Assembly: GCA_964519305.1 (NCBI GenBank)
Contig: CAZFHY010000009.1
Coordinates: 1-64,000 of the forward strand
Length of the DNA stretch: 64,000 nt
Origin: Candidatus Undinarchaeota archaeon
Lineage (GTDB): Archaea; SpSt-1190; JASMDC01
Reading direction: 5' to 3'
Shown one piece after another: positions 50,693 to 59,907 of the stretch. Below the pieces are notes generated by a model. That model searched no databases and was not told the DNA's origin. It was given only the letters and a program-made list of their open reading frames with translations. Both the position numbers and the translations under genes were made by a program. Position 1 is the stretch's first letter; each line of letters opens with the position of its first letter.

Positions 50693-51790
50693 ATGGAGAT
50701 GGAATCACCGGACCAGTCCCGACGCACGAGGTTGCTGGAGAACCGGGTCCACGAGCTAGAGGCGGCCATACAACGGTTCCTGGCCCCGCCAAACCTCGTG
50801 GCGACCATCTCCGAACGTCATCCCAACGGCATGGTCGTGGCACGCCTCTCGAACGGTCAGGAGGTGTTCACAACCGTGCGCCAGGGCCTTGAGGAGAAGG
50901 TGCTCCCCGGGGACCGCGTCCGTGTCGATCAGAAGAACTTCACGATCATCGACGTGCTCGGTGGCACCAGGGACTTCGATGTAGAGCGCTTCGTCGTCAT
51001 GGAGAAACCCGTGATATCCTGGGAGGACGTAGGTGGGCTTTCCGAAGAGATGCGGGAGCTAAAAGAGGTCGTGGAACTGCCGCTCACCAGTCCCGAACTG
51101 TTCCGCGAGGTGGGCATCACACCACCAAAGGGCGTGCTCCTTCACGGACCGCCCGGGACCGGTAAGACGCTGATGGCCAAGGCCGTTGCGAACGCTACCA
51201 ACGCCACGTTCATCGAAGTAGTGGGCTCGGAGCTCGCTCAGAAGTTCATCGGTGAGGGTGCAAAGCTCGTCAGGGACATATTCTCCCTGGCCCGCGACCG
51301 CTCTCCCACGCTCCTGTTCATCGACGAGGTGGACGCCATCGCTGCAAAGCGTATCGAGGTGGGCACATCCGGCGAGCGCGAGGTGCAGCGCACCTTCATG
51401 CAGCTGCTGGCAGAGATCGACGGTTTCCGCCCCTTGGGGGCCGTCAAGGTCGTCGCCGCGACCAACCGACCGGACATCCTCGATCCGGCCCTTGTGCGCC
51501 ACGGACGTCTCGACCGGCTCATCAAGGTACCGCTCCCCGACGAGAAGGGCAGGAAGGACATCGTCCAAATACACACACGTCCCATGAACACCGACGAGCT
51601 CGATGTCAAGAAGCTGGTCAAGTTCACCGACGAGATGTCGGGTGCCGACATCCACAACGTATGCACCGAGGCCGGCTACATGGCCATACGTGATAAACGT
51701 ACGAAAGTGACACAGAAGGACTTCGACGACGCCATCAAGAAGGTGCGTAAAGAGGACAAGGAAGCTGTCGTCTATTCGATGTTCAAGTAG
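50693..51790 (+). CDS. pan: Proteasome-activating nucleotidase
   Basis: Coiled coil plus PP-OB domain, GPPGTGKT, FIDEVDAI, GEREVQRT, ATNRPDILDPA. C-terminal MFK (HbYX-like). ATG at 50693 follows TTAAAA. Confidence 0.92.
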   Translation: MEMESPDQSRRTRLLENRVHELEAAIQRFLAPPNLVATISERHPNGMVVARLSNGQEVFTTVRQGLEEKVLPGDRVRVDQKNFTIIDVLGGTRDFDVERFVVMEKPVISWEDVGGLSEEMRELKEVVELPLTSPELFREVGITPPKGVLLHGPPGTGKTLMAKAVANATNATFIEVVGSELAQKFIGEGAKLVRDIFSLARDRSPTLLFIDEVDAIAAKRIEVGTSGEREVQRTFMQLLAEIDGFRPLGAVKVVAATNRPDILDPALVRHGRLDRLIKVPLPDEKGRKDIVQIHTRPMNTDELDVKKLVKFTDEMSGADIHNVCTEAGYMAIRDKRTKVTQKDFDDAIKKVRKEDKEAVVYSMFK

Positions 51791-51807
51791 AGCGGACGTG
51801 TCCGGGT

Positions 51808-52362
51808 TCAATCCCCTGACAGTGCATCGACTATCCCTGACGGTGAGCTCAATACACTGATGCCCATCATCGTATCCAGCTGCCGGGCGTTCGCTACGTC
51901 CACGGGGCGCATGGTGAGCGTTCCTGTCCGTCCCCCTGGCAGTGCCGTTATGACCTTACCTTCCTCGATGTCCGTGGGGAGCATGGTGATCGTTGCACCG
52001 CACTTGATGGCCTGTGCAACAAGATTGGGGACAAGGGTGTCCGCGATACCGCAGACGACCTTCGCCACGGTGTTCGCTGAGGCGGGAGCGACCAGAAAGG
52101 CCGCGTACACGCCCTTGTACAGATCACTGAGGAGCTTTGCCTGATTGGGCCCGTTCTCGATGACAGGTGCGGAGAACGCACCCTCGTCCAGACGATCCGT
52201 GAGCCCGTACATCCGAACCACCCGGGCGCCCTCGGCCGATAATACGGGCTGGACAATGGTCCCTTCGACGCTCACGTCCTCCATGGCCTCGAACGTAGCT
52301 TCGAGATGATGACCGGCGCCGGTGATCGCCCAGAGGATCCGTCGTGGATTGACAGGTGACAT
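51808..52362 (-). CDS. Archaeal flavoprotein (AfpA/DmrX-related, HFCD family)
   Basis: ILWAITGAG, PASANTVAKVVCGIADTLVPN, LPTD, MRPVDVAN. Confidence 0.82.
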   Translation of the reverse strand: MSPVNPRRILWAITGAGHHLEATFEAMEDVSVEGTIVQPVLSAEGARVVRMYGLTDRLDEGAFSAPVIENGPNQAKLLSDLYKGVYAAFLVAPASANTVAKVVCGIADTLVPNLVAQAIKCGATITMLPTDIEEGKVITALPGGRTGTLTMRPVDVANARQLDTMMGISVLSSPSGIVDALSGD

Positions 52363-52653
52363 TCAGATCATCCAGTCCTCGAGCACTTCGAGCACGAGGG
52401 CCTTCAGTTCACGAGGATCGTGCTCCCCTGGCTTCAATTCGTCCAAGGTTTCGGCCAGCGTGTGATCACCGATCACTTCCCGTACCCAGCTGGCCACGTC
52501 ATTGCAGTCGGGCCTGATGTGGAAAAGCAGCCCCTCTGGAGCCATTCCCAAGATGATCCAGTGCAGGTCCATGATGTCGCGGGCGACACCCTCTACACGA
52601 TCCTCGGACGACTTGACGATGAACTCGGATCCGTCGGGTGCGGAGGGCATCAT
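52363..52653 (-). CDS. DUF5752-like small protein
   Basis: M...LLFH....NDVASWVREVIGD..LAE.L motif. Confidence 0.6.
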   Translation of the reverse strand: MMPSAPDGSEFIVKSSEDRVEGVARDIMDLHWIILGMAPEGLLFHIRPDCNDVASWVREVIGDHTLAETLDELKPGEHDPRELKALVLEVLEDWMI

Positions 52654-52760
52654 CGGGGTTCCCTGCCACGTTTTCCGAGGTAAAGCTATTTATGTGGACT
52701 GGTCGGGCCGGGCCCTGTGTCTCCATAACCGTTATAATGCTCTGTGACGATAGGTAGTAT

Positions 52761-52907
52761 GTGGGCATCACCATCGACCCTGACGATCCACGATTCAAGA
52801 AGAAGCGTACACTTCGCCCCGAGGACGTAGAGGACATCGCCCTGGAGCGTCGCGAGGTCGACCTTCCTTCAACACAGCGTCCCCGTCGCAGGAAGGATGA
52901 GCGCTAG
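52761..52907 (+). CDS. Putative 48-aa basic small protein
   Basis: GTG start; MGITIDPDDPRFKKKRTLRPEDVEDIALERREVDLPSTQRPRRRKDER. TTATAA at ~52732 and AGGTAG before the start. Fills the intergenic gap. Confidence 0.55.
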   Translation: MGITIDPDDPRFKKKRTLRPEDVEDIALERREVDLPSTQRPRRRKDER

Positions 52908-52976
52908 CATCATCGCGCAGAGGGCGGGCGGGCGTCGCCGATTGATTTAAAACGCTCACCACTCATCCCGCTCCCG

Positions 52977-53462
52977 ATGGTCGCCGTACCACCCGCAGCA
53001 GGCCCCCTCATCGCCGCTGTAGGCTGCCTTGCCCTCGCTCCACGCGCTGCCAGGGGAGAGCGTGTCGAGGCAGGTGATGTGGCCTTCGGCGTGGTCGCGG
53101 GCCTGCTCCTGGCCGGCCTTACCGGGAATCTGACCACCGCTCTTGCGATGGCTATGTTCGGGGCATTGGCCTGGCCCGTGCTCCTTCTCCTGCTCGAGAT
53201 GGAGGACGCACGCATCATGCCTGCCCTTGGAGCGCTCCTGTTCGCCCCGATACCGGTTGACGGCCGTTCACTCCCGGCGTTCACTCTTGTAGCACCCTAT
53301 GCCCTGCTCGCCGCAATGACGCTGGACATGCTGGCCCAGCACGAGGTCTACGTCCCCGGCATCACCGTGGAGGTCGATGGCGGTCCCGACTTCCCGAACT
53401 TCGTCAACCTGCCTGCCGTGATCGCCATCGCGTGCCTGGCCTGCGCCCTTCTCGTCCGCTGA
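52977..53462 (+). CDS. Multi-pass membrane protein
   Basis: About 5 hydrophobic segments. TTTAAA about 25-30 nt upstream. AGDV is faintly reminiscent of A24 peptidases (not assigned). Confidence 0.6.
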   Translation: MVAVPPAAGPLIAAVGCLALAPRAARGERVEAGDVAFGVVAGLLLAGLTGNLTTALAMAMFGALAWPVLLLLLEMEDARIMPALGALLFAPIPVDGRSLPAFTLVAPYALLAAMTLDMLAQHEVYVPGITVEVDGGPDFPNFVNLPAVIAIACLACALLVR

Positions 53463-53548
53463 TCCCTGCCCCGACCGGCTGCCTTCCCCAAGGATAGGTA
53501 GAAAAAGGCCCGCGATGCGCATCGCCTCTACTGGACGGGTGACCGAGC

Positions 53549-54355
53549 ATGCTCTATGAGAGGATTGTTGATACAGAAAGGCTCGAAGCGGACCTCTACG
53601 GCCTGTGCGCTGTGGAGTCCCTCACGACCGGCCGTGGCGAGTACATGGCCGACGGCTTCGAGGACATCGGGTTCTCCGTGGAGCGACAGCAGATGATCAA
53701 CTATCCCCACGAAAATAAGATGATGCAGGACCTGTGGAACGACGAGAACGTCATCGCTGAGTACAAGGGCGATCCGGGCTCGGACAGGTACCTGTTGGTG
53801 ATGGGCCACCACGACAAGGTCCCCGAGGGCAAAGGGGCCAACGACAATGGATCGGGATCGGTCATGCTCCTGGAGCTGGCACGTCAGCTGAGCGAGCGTG
53901 GCGAGAAGGTGAACGTGCGGTTCGCGTCCTACGGTCTGGAGGAGATTGGTCTCGACGGGGCCTCTGTGTACGTCAAATCTCTATCGGACACCGAGCGCGA
54001 CAACATCATCGCGGCAGTCAATCTGGACTGTATCGGTGCCGGCTCGGAGCTCACCCTCACCATGAAGGACCGTCGGAGCGCGACCACCGACTGGGTGAAC
54101 GACGCCATCAAGCAGAAGGCGGACAGCATGGGCATCTCCTACTACGAGCGTGCGTCAATGCGCGGTTCGAGCGACCATGCGGTGACCGCCAACGCCGGCA
54201 TCCCCACTGCATCGCTCTGCCGACAGGAGGACGGAAAGATCCCCAACCTCCACTCGAAGGACGACGTGGTCGAGAACATCGACCTCGGACTGCTGACCGA
54301 GACCGGTGACCTAGTCTACCACGCGATGGTCGACATCTATCGGGATAAGAGGTAG
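53549..54355 (+). CDS. M28 family metallopeptidase
   Basis: GHHD, GANDNGSG, EEIGLDGA, NLDCIG, SDH, LHSKDD. Confidence 0.9.
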   Translation: MLYERIVDTERLEADLYGLCAVESLTTGRGEYMADGFEDIGFSVERQQMINYPHENKMMQDLWNDENVIAEYKGDPGSDRYLLVMGHHDKVPEGKGANDNGSGSVMLLELARQLSERGEKVNVRFASYGLEEIGLDGASVYVKSLSDTERDNIIAAVNLDCIGAGSELTLTMKDRRSATTDWVNDAIKQKADSMGISYYERASMRGSSDHAVTANAGIPTASLCRQEDGKIPNLHSKDDVVENIDLGLLTETGDLVYHAMVDIYRDKR

Positions 54356-54360
54356 ATCGA

Positions 54361-54681
54361 CTACTCGCCCTTTGCCTTCTTTACGAGCTCAGCGAGGTTA
54401 TCCTGCAGGCGCGCAGCCTCTGCCTCGGCCTTCGCCCTGACCTCTGCGGGAAGTTCTATCTGGGCCTCGAGGACGTCAGCGTACATCCGCGCGACCTTCG
54501 CCTTCTGCTCCCTTACGTCGACCTCGAGGACCACCTCGTGGTCACCGATGGACTTCTTGAGCAGGGTCGTTCCCTTGACCTTGGACGATACGGCCCAGCC
54601 GAGGTCCTTGAGCTTACCAAGGAGCGTGACCTCCTTAACCTCGCCTGAGACGAGTCCCCCCAACGAAAACGCGTACTTCAT
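54361..54681 (-). CDS. Hypothetical protein
   Basis: 106-aa ORF with coding-like composition. Confidence 0.65.
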   Translation of the reverse strand: MKYAFSLGGLVSGEVKEVTLLGKLKDLGWAVSSKVKGTTLLKKSIGDHEVVLEVDVREQKAKVARMYADVLEAQIELPAEVRAKAEAEAARLQDNLAELVKKAKGE

Positions 54682-54739
54682 GTGATCACTTGGAGAGTAA
54701 GGAGCGGCTCAGACTTTTGTTCCTTTCGATTAGGGGACC

Positions 54740-54765
54740 CGCCCCGCGGGAATGCCCGCGGGGCG
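54740..54765 (-). terminator. Perfect 11-bp GC hairpin just 3' of pnp
   Basis: CGCCCCGCGGG-AATG-CCCGCGGGGCG, 13 nt after the stop. Confidence 0.6.
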
Positions 54766-54778
54766 ATAGCTGTCTTCC

Positions 54779-57052
54779 CTAGTCTCTGCGGTCGCGGGAC
54801 CTGCGGTCGCGGTCCCTGCCGCCTCGGCGGTCACGGCCGCCACCACGGCGGTCGCGGTCACGGCCTCCACTGCGCCGGGGGCGTTCGGGCTCCACCCACC
54901 CGGGCGGCGGGGGGTGCAGGGCCTTCATGGAGACGTCGACCTTTCCGAAGGCTACCTTGGTCACGACGACCTTCACCGTGTCGCCGAGCTTGACCCGGTC
55001 CTCGATCTTGTCCACATGGCCGTACTCCAGCTCCGAGATGTGGAGCATCCCGTCCTTGCCGGGGATTAGGTTGACGAAGGCGCCGAAGGGCTTGATCGTG
55101 ACGACCTTGGCCTCCTCGAATATCTCGCCCACCTGCACCTCGCGAACGATGTCCCTGACGGCCTTCTCGGCCTTTGCGGCCATCTCGGCGTCGTTGGTGG
55201 TGATCATCACTGTACCGTCGTCCTCGATATCCATCTGGACGCCGGTCTCATCGGTGATGCTCCGGATCATCTTCCCGCCAGGGCCGATGACCGCGCCGAT
55301 CTTTTCCGGATCGATCTTTAAGGCAATGATACGCGGCGCGTACGCGGACAGCTCCTGCCTCGGCTCGGCGATCGCGCCCTGGATGACGTTAAGGATGAAG
55401 TTGTTCGCCATCCTTCCCTGGGTGATCGCTTCTCGGATGATGGGCATGGAGATACCACGGGTCTTTGTGTCCATCTGGACGGCTGTGACACCGTCACGGG
55501 TGGCGGTGATCTTGAAGTCCATACCGCCGTTCCCATCCTCCATGTCCTGGATGTCCGTGATGACCTTCCAGCGCTCACCGTCGGAAGCAAGCCCGATAGC
55601 TATCCCGGCCACGGGCTTCTTGATCGGGACACCCGCGTCCAGGAGGGCCAGCGTCGATGCGCATGTGGAGCCCATGGACGAGGAGCCGTTGGAGCTCATG
55701 ACCTCGGAGACCATCCTGATCGTGTAGGGGAACTCCTCCAGCGTGGGGAGCACCGGGCGAAGGGCTTTCTCCGCCAGCATGCCATGGCCCTGCTCTCGTC
55801 GACCGGCGCCGCGGAGCTTCTTTACCTCGCCCACGCTGAACGGTGGGAAGTTGTAGTGATGGAAGTACCGCTTCTTGATGTCGTCCTCCATCGACTCCAC
55901 GATGAGAGTGTCACCGGGGGCACCCAGGGTGACCACCGATAGAATGTGGGTCTCTCCTCGCTGGAAGAATCCCGTGCCATGGAGGCGAGGGAGCACGGCC
56001 ACGTCGGCCGCGAGGTGCCGGATATCGGTAATATTGCGGCCGTCGACGCGCTGTTCGCGGTCCAGGAGAGCCCGGGTGACCTGATCGTCGATGAACTCCT
56101 GGAAGCACTTCTTGAGGATGCCCTTGAGGTAGTCCTTGGCGGCCTCCTCGTCACGCTCCTGGTTGACGTACTCCCTGGCCATCTCGTTGACAACCAGTTC
56201 TTTCATCTCTCTCATGATCTCCTTGCGCTCGCCCTTTGAGCCGCGGGGCTGGTTGAAGACGTAGGTCTGGAGATGCGGGATCATGCGCTCCTTGAGCCGG
56301 TCAGCAACGACCTTCTCCTCGGGAGAGAGCTCGCCCGTGAACTTCAGGTCCTCCTTCTTCGCCTTGGGCTTACCGATCTGCTGGCGGACTTCCTCGATGA
56401 AGGCGCACAGCGGCCCGAGGGCACGCATGGCCTCTTCGAAGGCGCCGGCCATGACGTCGTCCGGGGCCTCGTTGCAGTCGCACTCCACCATGGTGATGCG
56501 GGAGCCGTCACCGGTGACCAGAAGGTCTACAATGGACTCCTCGAGCTCCTCCACGGTGGGGTTCACGATGTACCGACCGTCGATGTAACCGATGCGGACA
56601 CCGGCCACAGGTCCGTCGAATGGGATGCTGGAGAGGTGGAGGGCCATGCAGCCGCCGATGATGGCAGGGACGTCGGGCTTGTTCGCCTCGTCGAAGGTGA
56701 GGGGCATGCAGATGACTTGGACCTCGTTGCGCATGTTCTGGTCGAAGAGCGGGCGGATACCGCGGTCGATGGAGCGTCCGGTCAGCACAGCGTCGAGGGA
56801 AGGTCTGCCTTCCCGCTTGGTGAACCGGGAGCCTTTGATGCGCCCGCACGCGTAGTATCGCTCTTCGTATTCGACCATGAGAGGGAAGAAGTCCATCCCT
56901 TCGCGAGCGGAGGGGGACATGTTCGCTGAGCAGAGCACTACGGTCTCGCCTAGTTTTATGGTGAGTGCGGCATCGGATTGAGGTCCGTACCTACCTGTCT
57001 CGATCGTGAGCGTCTTTCCTGCTACATCGCAGGTGAATTGTCGAATGTTCAT
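54779..57052 (-). CDS. pnp: Bacterial-type polyribonucleotide nucleotidyltransferase (PNPase)
   Basis: DFFPL.V.YEERYYA.G.I, REGRPS, RVDGR, FQRGET, HYNFPPFSVGE, GRREQGHG, SNGSSSM, MDFK, KH domain (IGAVIGPGGK), S1 domain (FGAFV..DGMLHISEL). Confidence 0.95.
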   Translation of the reverse strand: MNIRQFTCDVAGKTLTIETGRYGPQSDAALTIKLGETVVLCSANMSPSAREGMDFFPLMVEYEERYYACGRIKGSRFTKREGRPSLDAVLTGRSIDRGIRPLFDQNMRNEVQVICMPLTFDEANKPDVPAIIGGCMALHLSSIPFDGPVAGVRIGYIDGRYIVNPTVEELEESIVDLLVTGDGSRITMVECDCNEAPDDVMAGAFEEAMRALGPLCAFIEEVRQQIGKPKAKKEDLKFTGELSPEEKVVADRLKERMIPHLQTYVFNQPRGSKGERKEIMREMKELVVNEMAREYVNQERDEEAAKDYLKGILKKCFQEFIDDQVTRALLDREQRVDGRNITDIRHLAADVAVLPRLHGTGFFQRGETHILSVVTLGAPGDTLIVESMEDDIKKRYFHHYNFPPFSVGEVKKLRGAGRREQGHGMLAEKALRPVLPTLEEFPYTIRMVSEVMSSNGSSSMGSTCASTLALLDAGVPIKKPVAGIAIGLASDGERWKVITDIQDMEDGNGGMDFKITATRDGVTAVQMDTKTRGISMPIIREAITQGRMANNFILNVIQGAIAEPRQELSAYAPRIIALKIDPEKIGAVIGPGGKMIRSITDETGVQMDIEDDGTVMITTNDAEMAAKAEKAVRDIVREVQVGEIFEEAKVVTIKPFGAFVNLIPGKDGMLHISELEYGHVDKIEDRVKLGDTVKVVVTKVAFGKVDVSMKALHPPPPGWVEPERPRRSGGRDRDRRGGGRDRRGGRDRDRRSRDRRD

Positions 57053-57076
57053 GTGGCATTCACTAAAGGGGTATCC

Positions 57077-57084
57077 TTTTAAAT
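57077..57084 (-). promoter_or_regulatory. Archaeal TATA box of pnp
   Basis: ATTTAAAA on the minus strand, 24 nt upstream of the ATG (near-leaderless spacing). Confidence 0.6.
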
Positions 57085-57183
57085 GAGCCGGTCAGGCCTC
57101 CGCAGTGGGCCGCGGTATCACGGTTCTTGCCATGGGAAAGGTATATATAGCGGTCGTGGGGCCGCGCCGACAAGGTGACGCTG

Positions 57184-57720
57184 ATGGACATATCCATTGA
57201 CTATCTGGAGCGCGAGCAGATGAAGGTCGGACCGAGCGTCGGTATGGGTTTCGGGCCCACATATGGCATCCCACCATCAGGCCCCTTCCACACCAGCGAT
57301 GTCGTGTTCGACAACAACTACGTCGCAAGGCAGACCGAGGAGTTCGAGCCCGCCATCGAAGCGTTGGCCGAGCAGTACGCTGCCAAGGACGGTTGTGAGG
57401 TCATGGCCTACCACGACCACAGCCATACGACGTGGTACAATACCATCGATAAAGAGATGGAACACGTCCACTTCAAGGGCGAGATGGACGACTTCAAGGG
57501 CTTCATCGAGGACGCGAAGGCGGCCGGGTACGGCACGCCCGAGAACGTCCGGGTGAACGCCTCAGTGGTCGACTGGCTCACCCACCCGGTCCAGACCTGG
57601 CGCACGAAGCAGGCTGTATCCTCCTACATGGAGGAGGTCGGCTCCGAGCTCAAGGTCACAGAGACCGAAGAGGACGTAGGCAACCGACACATCTACAAGC
57701 GCGAGATTACGTTCGAATGA
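57184..57720 (+). CDS. Hypothetical protein
   Basis: TATATATA box, GGTGA SD, then ATG at 57184. Confidence 0.72.
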   Translation: MDISIDYLEREQMKVGPSVGMGFGPTYGIPPSGPFHTSDVVFDNNYVARQTEEFEPAIEALAEQYAAKDGCEVMAYHDHSHTTWYNTIDKEMEHVHFKGEMDDFKGFIEDAKAAGYGTPENVRVNASVVDWLTHPVQTWRTKQAVSSYMEEVGSELKVTETEEDVGNRHIYKREITFE

Positions 57721-57734
57721 ACTGACCTCAATCC

Positions 57735-57777
57735 ACGGGGGCGGTCGTTACCGCGGCCGTCCCCGTTTCCTTTTATC
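57735..57777 (+). terminator. GC hairpin plus T tract
   Basis: ACGGGGGCGGTCG-TTAC-CGCGGCCGTCCCCGT-TTCCTTTTATC. Confidence 0.55.
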
Positions 57778-57855
57778 ATGCACTGCGGGAAAAGGCTGTG
57801 TATGAATCTCACACTACCGGTGAGGTTGCTCGTTCCAGATAGGGTGGTCCGCTCG

Positions 57856-58263
57856 TTACCGGACAATACGTGAGTTCTCGGGAGCCATGACGAGCCAGTC
57901 CTCGTCGATGCCCGCCATATCGGACCCGCTGGTGGAGCAGTGCGTCTTGAGGCGGTTGATCGAGCGCTTGAGCTCGGACATGTCCTTCTCGCGCAGTTGC
58001 TTGATCTTGACGAGCATGATGGTGTTGCCCTTCCGGAAGTGCGTGAGGATGGTCTCTGTATCTGCGAAGTCCTCGAGCTGGGACGTACGGATCTGGAGAG
58101 CCGAGTCGCCCGAGTCCACGTTCTTGAACTTGATCTCGGGGATATCCGAGGTCTTTGAAGCATGAGCATTATGGATATGATGGTACTCGTCGAGGTGTGT
58201 GGGTCGTTTGTGCTTGAAGCGCTCCAACAGCTTCTCGCCCATTCTGTAGAACCGTTCGACCAT
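57856..58263 (-). CDS. sepF: Archaeal cell division protein SepF
   Basis: L.DFAD...IL...RKGNTIMLVKI..L.......LKR.I..LK......G.D.AGI.EDWLVMAP. Confidence 0.82.
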   Translation of the reverse strand: MVERFYRMGEKLLERFKHKRPTHLDEYHHIHNAHASKTSDIPEIKFKNVDSGDSALQIRTSQLEDFADTETILTHFRKGNTIMLVKIKQLREKDMSELKRSINRLKTHCSTSGSDMAGIDEDWLVMAPENSRIVR

Positions 58264-58314
58264 AATCTATCCCAAGATGCTGGAGCGGTCTTCCTTTAAA
58301 TTCCTTCCGCCGAG

Positions 58315-58572
58315 CTATCTTTGGAGCGTCTCCAGAGTACTGGCGATGTTCCAGATATCGGTCCTTGTGTGCTCTGGCAGGTTCGGATCATTGGAGATAT
58401 CGTCCAACCGGTTGATTGCCTCGTTCACGCGAACGGCCATTGCTCTGTCCTTGCCTACAAGGATGCTCTTTACGTCCTCGGCAGTCTTGCGTATGTTCCG
58501 CGGCACCGATCGATCATCGAGTATCTCTTCGAGTATCTCGCAAACCTGAGAAAGGATGTTTTCAGCGTCCAT
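58315..58572 (-). CDS. UPF0147 family protein
   Basis: ILDDRSVPRNIRKTA and LDDISNDPNLPEHTRTDIWNIAS.LE. Confidence 0.9.
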   Translation of the reverse strand: MDAENILSQVCEILEEILDDRSVPRNIRKTAEDVKSILVGKDRAMAVRVNEAINRLDDISNDPNLPEHTRTDIWNIASTLETLQR

Positions 58573-59560
58573 GTCCCTCATCTCCTAGCCTTTCCCTCAG
58601 GACCCTCAGGAGGCCCTTGATACCCTCGTCCATTTCCACCACGCCATTGACGCTGGCAGCGGCATCGTGACCACCACCACTCCCTTGGATGATGGCCTCA
58701 ATGTTCGCGAGAAGGTCCTTGTAGACGTGAATCCCAGTGCTTTTTATAAAGGTTTTTCTCGCCCGCGCTGTTATCCGGAACCCCTTCTTCTTCTTGGCAC
58801 CGACGAAGGCTATGTCGGCACCGAACCTGATGAGAGCATTGGCCACATCGGCCTCGAAGGAGTTCACCCTCGAGACGGCCACTATCCACGGACCGGTCAA
58901 AGTGAGCTCGGCCCGTTGGGCTCCCTTGAGGATCGCGATCCTCGAGGAGCGATCAGGTTCCAGGTGGATGGCATCGAGCACCTCCTGGTAATCCACGTCG
59001 GTCGTGGCCAGGAGCTTGGCCATGTCTCGGAAGGTGCTGGCCTGTGCCCGTCTGAATGACATTGTGTCCGCGACCATGCCTGCGATCATCGCTGCGGCCG
59101 CACGCTTCGTGGGTTCTACGTCCGCTGCCTCGAAGAGGCGGAACACGAGCTCGCATGCAGACGGAGAGGTGGCGTCCGTCAGGGAAGCATGATAATCGCA
59201 TGGTCCCGAATAGGGATGATGGTCCACAACGACAGGCCGCTTCCATGGGACCAGGGGCGCGAACTGGTCGGGGTTCTGGACGTCCACGAGAACGGGAAGC
59301 CCTCCCGGGTTCGGAGGCCTGACCTCGAACTCGGCGTCCAGGTAGTCGATGAGCTTACGCGCGGCAACGCTCGCATGCGAACCCGATCCGATCCTCGACG
59401 GGATATCGAGCTTTTTCAACAGTTCCTGGAGCGCTATGCAGGCTCCTGCGGCATCGAGGTCGGCGTTCTGATGAGTGATGAGGAAAGCGCCCTCCCTCGC
59501 AGCGGTGAGGGCCTCAAGGACGTTTTGAACGTCCTCCCCGGTACCTTTTTTCTCAGGCAA
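58562..59560 (-). CDS. DHH/DHHA1 phosphoesterase (NrnA-like)
   Basis: THQNADLDA, VVVDHH, GMVADT, GGGHDAAA. Follows prefoldin beta, as is common in archaea. Confidence 0.87.
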   Translation of the reverse strand: MPEKKGTGEDVQNVLEALTAAREGAFLITHQNADLDAAGACIALQELLKKLDIPSRIGSGSHASVAARKLIDYLDAEFEVRPPNPGGLPVLVDVQNPDQFAPLVPWKRPVVVDHHPYSGPCDYHASLTDATSPSACELVFRLFEAADVEPTKRAAAAMIAGMVADTMSFRRAQASTFRDMAKLLATTDVDYQEVLDAIHLEPDRSSRIAILKGAQRAELTLTGPWIVAVSRVNSFEADVANALIRFGADIAFVGAKKKKGFRITARARKTFIKSTGIHVYKDLLANIEAIIQGSGGGHDAAASVNGVVEMDEGIKGLLRVLRERLGDEGHGR

Positions 59561-59906
59561 TGGGGCCGGCCGGTCCCTGGAGGAGCTTGGTCACCTTGTC
59601 AGAGAGGTCGGTCACCTTCTCGTTGACCTTCTCCTCCTGACGGGTGAGAGTCTTGATTCGAAGCTCCAGGGTCTCACGCCGGTCGTCCAGTTCCTTTGTC
59701 ACGTCCTTGGCCTTCATCTTGGCAAGGATGGGGCCCACTGCCTTGTACACGTCCTCGTCCTTGACCCCTTCCAGGGATTCAAGGGCGGACATGACATCGG
59801 TCAGCTGGGTCTCGATCTGCTGTTTCTGGATGAGAATTGTCTGTGCCTGCTGCTGATACTGTTGCAGCTGGAGCACCATGTGCTGTGCTTGTGGGGATAT
59901 GTCCAT
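59553..59906 (-). CDS. pfdB: Prefoldin beta subunit
   Basis: Gln-rich coiled coil, VYKAVGPIL, ETLELRIKTL.RQE. Confidence 0.93.
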   Translation of the reverse strand: MDISPQAQHMVLQLQQYQQQAQTILIQKQQIETQLTDVMSALESLEGVKDEDVYKAVGPILAKMKAKDVTKELDDRRETLELRIKTLTRQEEKVNEKVTDLSDKVTKLLQGPAGPIA

Positions 59907-59907
59907 G

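Noticed and set aside
52977-53462. Prepilin peptidase
   Set aside because: Only a weak AGDV resemblance. The first catalytic Asp and the GxGD motif are not evident.
27040-57160. CCCAA/CCA motif 12-13 nt before TATA as a special regulon for orphan genes
   Set aside because: Similar CC-rich elements also precede RuBisCO and nitroreductase promoters, so it may be this genome's general extended BRE. It cannot be separated without genome-wide counts.
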